Assembly (NCBI GenBank): GCA_046563655.1
Contig: CM102290.1
Coordinates: forward strand, 4,340,001-4,404,000
Reading direction: 5' to 3'
From: Yuukianura sp. NJ FZ-2021
Lineage: Eukaryota
Length of the DNA: 64,000 nt
In this document: positions 27,465 to 38,979 of the stretch, in pieces
How the letters are laid out: each line of letters starts with the position of its first letter
Position numbering within the stretch: position 1 is the stretch's first letter
Notes under the pieces: model-generated
What the model was told of the DNA's origin: nothing
The model's input: only the letters and a program-made list of their open reading frames with translations
The model's database searches: none
Position numbers and translations under genes: made by a program

Positions 27465-28444
27465 ATAACGACCAACTTATTTATTTCTTATTCGAGCGGT
27501 AGCGTGGCAGCATCTTCAATCCTAGCCGTATAAGCTAATTAGTATTTTCACATTGTCATCCATTTTATTCGATTGACGTTCATTTGAATGGTTAGGACAG
27601 TATGATTTGTGTGATCCTCTGGTTATTTTAAACTTGTTTTTAAACAGCGTAATAGCTAAAATCTATTAGAAGACTTCCTTTGATCGATTACGCTTACCTA
27701 CGTCACACTTAACTTGGTTTCCCTTTCTTGGTTTCCATGTCATATTTATTGTAAATAACATAATCGTCACGTCGCCCAGTAATCTTAAAATTTATGCGTT
27801 GTACTAACAATTGCCAATAAAAACTCGTACTCTTCGTGTTTAAACTAATCCGAGAATAATTTCTGGGATGTGAGATACAACAATTATGCTCATTTGATTA
27901 AACCATAAAAATTCATACAAATAAATTCGTTGCACTGCGTGTTCACCCCATGAAACGCTCTGAAATTCGCTTTGATTTGAGTATTTGCACCGCGTAGAAT
28001 TGTCTAAACTGCAACGTCTACGCTGTGCTACTATGAAGAGCGAGCGCAGAGATTCAGTTTGACACTGGGAATGTAAGGGAATGTAAAGATTTTAGACAGT
28101 GAAGCATACGGAGCAAAAACCCGACAAACACACCAGCACTGGCGCATTACCGGCTCACTCCTGGCAACTTAATGCTGGGAGAATGTTGGGCATGTCCGCT
28201 TTTTCGGCAACATAAACTACCTTCCCTGTACTGGCAAAAACGACTCCCCAGCACAAAATCACGTGTCCGCGCTAATAAAAGATTTTTTTTTTGAATGAGG
28301 TCAGGAGGCAGAAGTCAATTGTTTCCACAGTTGCTAACACTTCGGTACAACTGAACTGGAGTTGTCAATTGTGAACAAAGTATTTGAAGGAAGGGCTTCT
28401 TCAGCTTCCAAGTTTACGTCACAATTCTGTCACAAAATTCGAAA

Positions 28445-29005
28445 TATTAAAGAACTTTGAAAATTCATATCTAGGGAACGGAAAGCTATAGAGACCTAAT
28501 CTCTTCGCGAAAAACTTTCAATAAATATGAAGAATTTTTAAAACTCCAAAATCGAACATCAAGTTTTTAGGTTAGGTTAGGTAAAAAAGGTACAAAATCC
28601 ATGGACTATAGTCCATGGATTTTTTTGAAATTTGGCCAAAATCTGAGGGTACCTTTTTAAAATTTCTTAAAATATTACATATGTTTGTGAATTGAGGAGT
28701 GAAGAGTTTACCTCTCTGTCGCTTTCCATTCCCGAGATATGAATTTTTAAAGTTTTTGCAAATTTAAATAAAATTTTGAAAATGTATATCTCAGGAACGG
28801 AAAGCGATAGAGACCTAATCTCTTCGCGAAAAAGTTTCAATAAATATGAAGAATTTTTCGAAATTTTTATAACTCCAAAATCGAACATCAAGTTTTTCGT
28901 CAAATTTTGAAAAAATCCATGAACTATAGTCCATGGATTTTTTTCGAAATTTGGCCAAAATCTGAGGGTACCTTTTTAAAATTTCTTACATATTTTTGTG
29001 AATTC
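28445..29005 (-). repeat. ~1.8 units of a ~318-bp palindromic repeat family (foldback/MITE- or satellite-like)
   Basis: Core palindrome atccatggactatagtccatggat at 28597 and a variant at 28915 (period 318). Reverse-complement match to the array at 41.6-43.4 kb. Contains (TTAGG)3 at ~28567. Confidence 0.9.
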
Positions 29006-29631
29006 CGACTAGTGACATAGGTGATTTTGAAAAACAATTGAAAGCCACTCCTGGTTAGAACCTTGATGTTTTTAGAGTTAATTGGACTTACCATGGGGAA
29101 TCCAATTAAAGTTAGTTTCTAAATAGACACCTTCTGGAAGTATAGTTGGTGGACGCAAGGGTGGGTCTTTAGGTCAACATGTGACTGTTTTGTGGCTTCT
29201 GGATGTTCTGAAACCCAGTGTAGCCTCTAAATTCACTTTTATATCCTCCAGGGCCTACTCGTCATCTTGCGTCAATCCACTGCCACGGCGGGGCTCACGG
29301 CTCACCCTCGACCAAACAGTCATCCCTCGCGTGTACGCTTTTGGCTGTTTCAATAAGGTTTGGTCAAGGCCTTGACCAAACCTTATTGACATTTGGCCTT
29401 TGCAAGGGCCCTTGCAAGGACCAGTGAGTCGAAAGTCGGATCAGAGTCAGACATTAAGCCCGGAGTCAAAAGTTAGCTTAAGCGGTCAGAAGTCAAGGCA
29501 GGTCACACTGTGTAAGGAGTCAGAAGTTACGTTAGCAGTCACAATCGTCATTCTGGCCAATGTTAGAGTCATAAGTTAGGTCAAGAACTTAGAGCCAAGG
29601 TTAACTTGTTTTAGATTTAGATTCAAAAGTC

Positions 29632-32600
29632 ATGCAAACACACAGGCACCAGTCCTACCGCGGAGCTGGTGACAAGCCGCTGACATCCGTTGAAAAACGC
29701 TTCTTGCTGCTAGTGGAGAGAGGAGATGTGGCTTCTATAAAACGGTAATTAAAAAAAGGAAGTTCTTTAAATTTTTTTTTGGAAATATTCTTTTGAAGTT
29801 GACAAGCATATAATGGAGTTAAAATGTGGGTCAAAATTAAATGAAAGTTTATATCTGTGTTCAGATTTTTTTTTATTCTGACACGTGAGAGGGACATTGT
29901 GTTGAAATGAAGCGATTTATTTAGAAACTAGGAATTATATAGGTGAAACGAAATTTTGGCACCATTTTGTCGAAAACGTTAAAATTCAAAATTGTGTCAC
30001 CCTGATTTTAGGTTGCTTGAACTTCACAAGGATGAACCCGAAGTTCTGTCCAGTGATTGTGTCGATCCACTTGGACGGTCCGCTATTATCATGGCAATTG
30101 AGACCGAAAACTTTGAACTCATTCAACTCCTGCTTTTCCACAAGGTCAAGGTCAAGGTCAGTCATACCTTTCAAGGTCAATGGTTACGCAGAGTGAGAAG
30201 GCAAGGGTGTAGAAAGCACCTAGAGTAGTCTTAATCTTTTTGTTGAAAACTTATTTATTGTTTCGTAAATTTTTTTTTTGATTTTTTTTTTTTGCTTTTT
30301 TTTTGAAGGACGCTCTTTTGCATGCCATAAAGGAAGAATACGTGGAAGCAGTAGAACTACTTTTGGATTGGGAAGAACAGCACCACGTTCCAGGAAATCC
30401 ATACGTAAAAATCAAAAAATAAATAAATTTGAAAATAGATTTGGAAAACATTTTTCTTGAAAATTTTTCGTTCGAACATTAGAGTTGGGAAGCAGCAGAT
30501 CGAGACATGGCTACGTTCACACCCGACATCACTCCCCTCATCCTCGCTGCCCATAAAAACAACTACGAAATCATCAAAATCCTCTTAGATCGCGGTGCCT
30601 CTCTACCCGTTCCACATCACGTAAAATGTGGATGTGACCTCTGCCTATCTTCAGCCGAAGAGGATTCACTCAGATACTCCAGGTCAACCATTCCATAATC
30701 CGCAATGCAAACAGTATGCTCATATTCACATAGTTCATGCAGCCAACCCACCCAAAAAAATTTCACCCCCTCTTCAATCGATTACTAATTGCCATCCACA
30801 CTCTGACCTTAAAAAAATGTGAACACTCTTATGCAGTTTCGTGTTTTCCACACCTTGCTACTCAATTTCTACTTCAACAACAAATCCTTCCCTTATGAAT
30901 CATTTTCTAAACATTGCCGGTTAAGCGAGAATTGATGATTCTGCTTGAAACCCTATAAGATTCTTGTTCTTTTCCTGTATTTTTTTGTCTTTGTCTTTTG
31001 AAAAGCTTCAATAGTGTTGGATTTGACGCCTCCGCATTCCCGAATAGTACGGGAAGCGTGTTGTGTTCTTCAGGCTTTAAGCAACCCGTACCCCACATTA
31101 TCCAGTGGGGTATCCTATTCTGCATACTGCTGTTTAAAACTTTGTTTCCGAAGGCTTTGTTCAAACTGATTTTCAAAAAGCCACTTTTGTTCAAAACTTA
31201 TGTTATTTACTTCATAGGTCGAGAATCAATGCCTACCGAGCTCTGGCGAGTCCATCGCTGATCTGCCTCTCTTCCAAAGATCCATTTCTAACGGCTTTTG
31301 AACTTTCATGGGAATTAAGACGACTGGCTCAAGCAGAAGCTGAGTTTCGTGCAGATTACAACGTGAGTGTAGGCATAACATATGTGGCACGGTCACCCTA
31401 ATTTTTTTTCTGTCATTTTTGAAATTGAAGCCTCCACCGAGATTTTAAGAAACGCGCATCCTAAAAATCATTTCTGGTGTATTGTGCCCATTTTCCGTTT
31501 TAATTTTTTGAACAAAATAACGGACTAGTATTTTTTTTCTTATAGGACTTGCGCAAACAGTGTCAAGATTTTGCGACGACACTGTTGGGCCATGCGCGAA
31601 CGTCAATTGAGCTTCAGACGTTGCTAAACTACGGTTTGTCGGCAGAAGAACAAAGTGGAGCCGTGGCCGGATGGGTTCCAGGAGAAAAGCAGTCACTCCA
31701 GCGTCTCAAATTAGCCATCAAATACAAACAAAAGCAGGTTAAACAAAGTTCAAGACGAATTTCATACATCTTGTCGTCGTTTTATTATTATTTTTTTTAA
31801 ATAGTTTGTAGCTCATCCCTCCGTCCAACAACTCTTAGCGTCCATGTGGTACGAAGGACTTCCAGGATTTCGACGAAAGTCATTCTTTGCTCAAGTCAGC
31901 TTAAGTAACTTTCACTTGGTGGAGTCAATTGACCTTGACTTTGAATTTTGACCCTTGCAGTTCGTCCAAGTACTAAAACTCGGTCTCGGCTTTCCCCTGT
32001 ACTCTTTTTCGTACATGCTGTTTCCAAATTCAGAACATGGGAAACTGATGCGGAAACCTTTTGTTAAGTTCATCACTCACTCGGCCTCTTACATGTTTTT
32101 TCTGGGTAAGAAATGTTATATATTAATTGATTGATGTCGATGTCAGTTATAATTTATAAATTTTAGGATTACTGGCGGCAGCATCTCAGCGATTTGAATT
32201 TGTTTTCCTGGATTGGTTGGGTGAAGCACTGGAATCCAAAAGAATCCGATCGCTTCTGGAAGATTGGGAACGAAAAGAACGTGGATCTCTGCCTGGAATT
32301 GTCGAATCAGCGATTATCGTTTACGTTGTTGGTATGAAAAAATGTTTCAAATTTTTGCTCAAAAAGGAAAATTTCTTCTTTTTTTTTCTTTTTTTTTTGA
32401 ATAGGTTGGATTTGGGCCGAGGCGAAGCAATTGTACTCATCTGGTTTTGCCGAGTACATTAATGACCTTTGGAATGTAGTTGACCTTATCACGAACTGCC
32501 TTTACGTCGCTTGGTTCTGTTTGCGCATGACTGCGTTCTACCTCTCTACAGTCAGTTTTTAATTGGCATTAATTAATTCAGTTTAGCTTACTACTTAGAT

Positions 32601-34775
32601 TAGTTATAAAAACGGTTCGCGGGAATCATTTTTTGAATTTTGATGTGCGCATGCGCCGACTATTATTTTGCAGCTTGAGGTCAGTCTCGGTGGGAATCCA
32701 TTTTACCCCAGAGAGTACTGGTCCATCTTTGACCCCATGCTGATTTCAGAAGGCGCGTTTGGAGCTGCAATGATTTTTAGGTTAGCTTAGCTTCTTCTTT
32801 TTTTGAACTGGGTATTTTCTAACATTGTTTTTTTTTATTTTATTTTATTTGAAAATTTGAAGCTTTCTGAAACTGGTTCACATCTTCAGCGTGAGTCCGC
32901 ATCTCGGCCCGCTACAAATTTCCCTTGGACGTATGATCATCGACATTATCAAATTTTTCGTCATTTACTCCCTTGTGCTTTTTGCTTTTGGATGTGGTAC
33001 AGTCTTAACTAATTAGTAAATTCAACAATAATTATTATAACATATGGAAAAAAAAACTAATATTTCATTATGTTGGTTAGGACTTAATCAATTACTTTGG
33101 TACTACGCCGAGTTGGAACGGGCAAAGTGTTTCCTTCCGAGTGGGCAGCCTGACCACGAAACAGGGGACGCCTGCTTCATTTGGCGTAGATTTGCAAAGT
33201 GACTTTAAAAATGGGACAAATTTTCAAATAGTTGGATCTTTTTCCAAACGTTACTTTTTTTCAGTTTATTTGAATCTTCCCAGTCACTGTTTTGGGCCAG
33301 TTTCGGATTAGTGGGACTGGAAGCTTTTGAACTGTCCGGAATTAAAGGATTTACAAGGTTTTGGGCCTTGCTTATGTTTGGTTCGTACTCGGTGATCAAC
33401 ATTATAGTACTACTCAATATGCTCATTGCAATGATGTCAACTTCATACCAAATCATTTCTGTAAGTCCAAAATTCCAAAACTCAAAAGTCATTGACCTTG
33501 AAATACTCCGGTGACCATTTTTTTTTTGAATTTTTAGGAAAGAAGCGACACCGAGTGGAAGTTTGCTAGGAGTAAACTTTGGATTAGCTATTTTGACGAA
33601 GGTCAGCATTAAATAGCTAAAAAAAAATATTTTTTTTCGAATTCTCAAATTTTTTGTAAGAGTTTTTTGTTTTTGTTTTTTTTTAATAAAAAAATCGATC
33701 ATGTTTAGGTGCAACTCTGCCAGCACCTTTCAACATCTTACCGACGGTAAAAGCAATTTGCGGATTTTTCAAGTGTGGAAAATCGGTGACCCACAAATCA
33801 TCTTTCAACGTAACTGTTTTGTTTTAAATTCAGAAAAATTTAAAAATTGATTTCCTTTAAACACACATTTTCCGTTCAAATTTTGTATTTCCTAGATTTC
33901 CGACCGCTACTTCCATGTGAGTCGCCTCGTAGTTCGTCGGTACGTGAGTGCGGAAGAGGCTCGGAAGCAGGAAGCCACCAGCGTATCGGAAGATGACGTC
34001 AACGAAATCCGACAAGACATTTCTAGTTTCCGGTTCGAACTGGTCGACATTTTAAAACTGAACGGCATGCGTACTCCGACTCTCTCACCAACCGATCAGC
34101 TAGTTTCTGGAAGAAAGGGGAAGGTCATGGAGCGACGACTTATGAAAGACTTCCAGATTGGAGTAATAGAAGAAGCAATTCGAGAAGCGATTGGCCCTAA
34201 TAACGGCACGACACGTGACTTGTTCGCAAGAATCGCAAGAGCCCTGAGTCGCAGAAGGAAAGATCGCAGAGACTGGAACGCGTTGACACGGAGAATGTCA
34301 CGGCCGGATCCTATCGGTTCCAAGCAAACTTCACTTAGGAGGCAAAGCGAACGGAGAAAGCGCCTCGAAGCGCAGAACTCAGCACTGTTCTCCATGGATC
34401 CCGACAAGTAAGTGTCAAGGTCATTGACCTTTGTAAAGGTTAACCGCTGGCGAAACGATTTCGGTATCAATGTTGGTTTGTTGTAATAGATTGGCCGAGT
34501 TCAATCCGAAGCTGCTAGACTTCACCCCTATGACGCGCCTTGCTTACGCGAAGTTCAAAACGAACGTGCTCCTGAGCCGTCTTCATGACATGCCTTCCTT
34601 AGAGGAAGTCGAAGGGAATTCTGGATCACACTTGGTTGAAGTCCTAGTGGAACCGAGTAGTAGCGTGGTGCCTCCGCACCAACCGAGTCCACCAATTGCA
34701 ATCATCCAGCCGCCGACCAATTCAAGTTCTGGAAGGTCCACTGTTACCGGGGAAATGCTGTCTGGGTGGATATAA
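29632..34775 (+). CDS. trp: TRPC-family transient receptor potential channel (trp/trpl clade); 5' end may extend upstream
   Basis: Many short-intron exons encoding [16 protein letters not shown], ankyrin repeats ([33 protein letters not shown]), [30 protein letters not shown], pore [12 protein letters not shown] box [10 protein letters not shown], and C-terminus [13 protein letters not shown]. Possible extra 5' exons at 29093-29110 and 29251-29330 are unconfirmed. Confidence 0.92.
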
Positions 34776-35369
34776 GAACATTATACAATGGAAGCTGGAA
34801 AAAATTGGATAAAAATTAAACAATAATCGGCAATTTAGCATGATTAGTTAGGTACCTAACCTATCACCGTTAATATTATTGGTACATAACACTTACTTAA
34901 GAAATACATAATTTTACATCGAACACCATCTTTCCACCAATCAATACACCGGCAAATAAATATTAAACGTAGCCTAACATATATTTTTTCGCAATCTGGA
35001 TCGCTATCAAAAATTCGTGGCTCTACTCCGGTTTTGGACAATGTGCGGGTACTATTATACAGTAAAAATTAGGTGGGAAATGTCTCCATATCCTCCATCC
35101 ATAAACTTTAGGTTTTAAAGCACGGTGCAATTTGATGAAGTCTACTGTAAACACAGTAACAGTCGGAGCTTATGATTCAACCTTATAGAAATCACAAAAT
35201 AGTTACACACACGATACAGTTTAAGAAGGAAAAGGATTTTTAATTTAATCTTCATAAATATTTTTAAAGCCAATATAAATTGTCAATCAAGCTGAGGTAA
35301 TAAAATAATAGTGAACAGAAAAGACCAAATTCAGCGATTGGATGTTGTTTGCTGTCAACTTTGACGACT

Positions 35370-37626
35370 CTAGAATGGCTGGGTCCCTTGGTCCAAGTTT
35401 AGGCTGGTTCTAAGCCGTTTGTTGCTCTTGCTGTTGCGCATCTTCCGGGCCAACCGTTGACGCGCCGTGTCTTCTGTCTTAAGCGAAATCAAGCCTGGGT
35501 ATTTCTCTTCAAATGACAGCTGCCGACGTGATCGTTTCGTCATACTCAAATCCATTCCAGTAACTCGCTGTAAAACGACAATAGAATAATGTTATAAAAT
35601 CTGAAACAATAAAGTAAAAACTAGAACAAATATTACAAGCTTTGATTTACTTTCAAGTTCTTGAGGTGCTTGTCCCCTTGCCAATCCGTCTCCTTAGCCT
35701 TTGCCTCCCTCAGTCTTTTATTCTCAGCTTCTCGATCTTGAACATTCAACGGAACTCCCGCATCATCTCTTGCAACAATCTTACCATGGAATGGACACTA
35801 AAACATGCAAAACAACAAAACTAACTAAGTCTGAACAAGGTGACTTCCTTGTATAGTTATTTCACCCTATTGTCGTATTTACCTTTTCAAAGTCTCGACG
35901 CGGGCATAAGTTCCCATTACGAAGTGGCGCCCTGCACGCATTGTTGATTGGTGACAGTGCTCTGCCACTCATGTCCATCATCGGAGAACCAACCGGACTC
36001 TTGATTGGTGATTGGTGCAATGGCAAATTAAATCCGTCGTTTGATGCCGTTGACGAGGGTTGGAAGTTTCCCAAACCCAATGAAGAGAGTTCCATCCATT
36101 CTGGAATGGCACGAACCTCTTCGAAGTCAGAGTCATCAGTGTCTGTATCTGCAATTTCAAAAAAAAAAACTTTTAATACCTAATCCTTTGGTTTGAACTA
36201 GAAACATATAACGACAGGATCTTATCTCACCGGTCTCTACAAGTTCTTGTTTCGTTTTGATGTTGAGTCGCTCGTAGCGACAAATTTCATCACCCATCTT
36301 CATTTCAAACTCTTCCAGACGTTGCAGCAATGCAGTTTCACCTGAAATTATAATAAAGTTAATCAAGAGAGCACAGGTTATTACCGGTTACAGGTAACAT
36401 TTAATTTTCGATTGACATACTCGAACCAAGGTGATTCTCAGCCTCCAGAACCCCAAGCCAACGCTTGATATTTGGAAGATGGCGGACAGTGATGATCTTG
36501 TACAGCCCGAGCAAATTTTCCAAAATCGTTTCGTTGTCCTCATCTCGAACGATGTTGATAAGACCATTTTGAGCGACGAATACAAACATCGATGGGGAAC
36601 CAGCTGAATCGTGTTCTTTGGAATAATCTTCCTCCTTGTGTACAATCTCTCCCAAATCATTCCTTGGCACCAAGATTTCGAAGCACGTTGCAATTTCTTG
36701 AAGGGTTGACACCAAATTCTCCTCAGATTCCTCGAATTCTTTACGCACAGCATCAACAGCCATTTTGTTTGGAGTCAGTTTCGCCGGTCCAGGATCAAAC
36801 CGAGGTTCAGGTAGGGTGATCTAAGGTAATAGTATTCTTATTTATGAATTGGCTTTATTTAACAGCCTCGCCTTCTCATTTTCATCACTCATAGAATTAC
36901 TGATTGATTACATAAATCATGTTTTTACCCCGAGATTCTTCGTGATGTAGTTAAAAGCCCTTGGGATATAGTTTCTGTTCATGTCTAAACCATGATCGTA
37001 GTGCCACTTCACTAGTATTTCCAAAGCCTTCGTCTTCAACTTTTCAGTAACGAATTTGGGAAGCAGCTTTTTCGGCCGCCCTCTCTTGGCCACCTTCACG
37101 GTTCCCTCCACGGTGAGTTTTGTTAACTCCAGCAGCATTTCCATGTTCTTGAACAGGATTGTCGATCGATAAAAGGCGGAACGACTAGAAAAAGAAAAAT
37201 AGGCGACATTAACCCTAAAGTCGCAACTACTTTAACTTCAATGCACATAACAATTAGGGTTGAAAAGATTGATATGTATTACTTGACTAGTTCGTTCAGC
37301 ACCATGAGAGCACCGTAGCGAACTTGCGCGTGTTCAATTCTCATTTGCTCAAAGATTTGGTTTGAACAGACCCGCATAGCTTCTTCAGATACACTAAATA
37401 GAAAATGTTCAAATAAAACGTTATATGACGTTCTCATCTCAGCCATTAAATCAGCGAATCAATCGGAGTTATGTTACCCAGCGTGATCCAACAGTATCTG
37501 GAGAACCTTCATGTTCAACTCCTCCTTGCCAGTAGTAGTCAGTTCTTCGATTAGTTTTTTCATGACAGATTTCCTCTGTTCGAAAGGCACTTCGAAAGTC
37601 ATTTTTGGAAGTGTATTCTTCTCCAT
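35370..37626 (-). CDS. UVSSA: UV-stimulated scaffold protein A (transcription-coupled repair factor), ~543 aa
   Basis: In-frame exons 37478-37626, 37283-37393, 36929-37184, 36427-36820, 36231-36341, 35883-36148, 35651-35797, 35370-35567. VHS-like N-terminus (KLIEELTTTG, EHAQVRYGAL), acidic DDSDFEEV, C3H finger [40 protein letters not shown]. Confidence 0.88.
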
Positions 37627-37748
37627 TTTCCGTTGCCTCCGAAAGTTCCTTAAAAACAAGCGATTGCATAATTAAATACATAAACTTAAAATGCTCTGCT
37701 AATTAAAATGTATGTTATTCGTTATATTGATGATTTATAAAAGTTCAA

Positions 37749-37787
37749 GATATTTCTTCTGAATCTGATATTTCTTCTGAATCTGAT
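37749..37787. repeat. exact 18-bp tandem duplication in the UVSSA/AGA divergent promoter region
   Basis: gatatttcttctgaatct x2 followed by gat. Confidence 0.9.
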
Positions 37788-38979
37788 TGATCGTCTCTCC
37801 GATCCATCATTGTATCGACTATCGAGACTGAGGCCGATGTCAGGCTTTCTCACTGAGCAGTGTTTGGCCCGTCTTTACATCATTACATCTAATATCTAAA
37901 GACAAGCGAACAATTCACAGTAATAATAATTGACTTACACACGTTCCACGAAGTGGGATTAAGAGGATGAGAACCGATGATTAATTGATATCTCAGCAAT
38001 AAGGATTCATTAGAATGTCACAAAGCCAGTGGTCTAGAAGCAAGAGGTTGAAGTTGAAGGGAAGGCGTGGGTGGAAAGTGTCTTTTAAGAAGAAGAGAAC
38101 AAAAGAGTAGAAGGAACCTTCCAGAAAAATCCGCCAAAACCATTGAGTACAACAATGGCAAAGCGCTGATGCTGGATACTGGGGACTCAGGGGGTCCAAA
38201 ACGATTGTTAGCTCTGGCGCCAAAACTAATCACATTATTCTAATGACCCCCAAAATCATTCTAACTCCCATTTTCACACTTCTCCCACCCGAACTCACGA
38301 GCGGCGCCGCTCCAGAAAATGTTAAACCTAGGTATAAATTAATTGCAAAGGATGCCATATTGATTATAACAATCCTAAATTCTTAACGGCTTCATTAAAT
38401 GCTAATTAACAAATTGTGGTCAAAGTGGGAGAAGTGATGCCTATGTTAATACAGATGCCGTTCAGAGATTCGCAGTGTCCTGAGGTGGCTTTGGTCGGAT
38501 TCTGCGGATTTTGTAAACAAGTTTTTGAATTTATTTGGCTCGAATTGGGAAATCAGCTGTGCAAGCATTGTTCTAGTCAACTGTATGTTAATTTAGTTAA
38601 AAGATTTAGTTGTTCGTCGTGTTTTTGCCGGTAGAGTAATATTAATTGTTTATTAAGTAGAAAGCATAAGCTGATTAGCGCCCAGTTTCGTTCGTCTTGC
38701 GTTCGTTCGTCTCGATCAAGTTTGTTAACCTCAACTATTGAAATTGAAGTGATTTCAACCGAACCCATCGAGAAAGTAATTGAAAGTGTTATCTCTATTG
38801 ATGTCTCGATATGGTTTATTTTATCTTACAGATTTAATTTTAAAGGATAAAGGCTTTGGTGGGAATTACCAACCAATTCTCTCTTGATAAATTTCAGGTA
38901 AAACGGTGGAAGTTCCAACGTGGACTTGGACTAATTGTAAACTTTAATTATTATTGCTAGGTTGTACAAATTATTAATC

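Noticed and set aside
30140..30162. AAGGTCAAGGTCAAGGTCA as a nuclear-receptor direct repeat
   Set aside because: Explained by coding KVKVK followed by the gtcagt splice donor of trp.
29632..37626. Functional light/UV cluster from trp next to UVSSA
   Set aside because: Convergent genes with no shared promoter; adjacency alone is not evidence in a gene-dense eukaryote genome.
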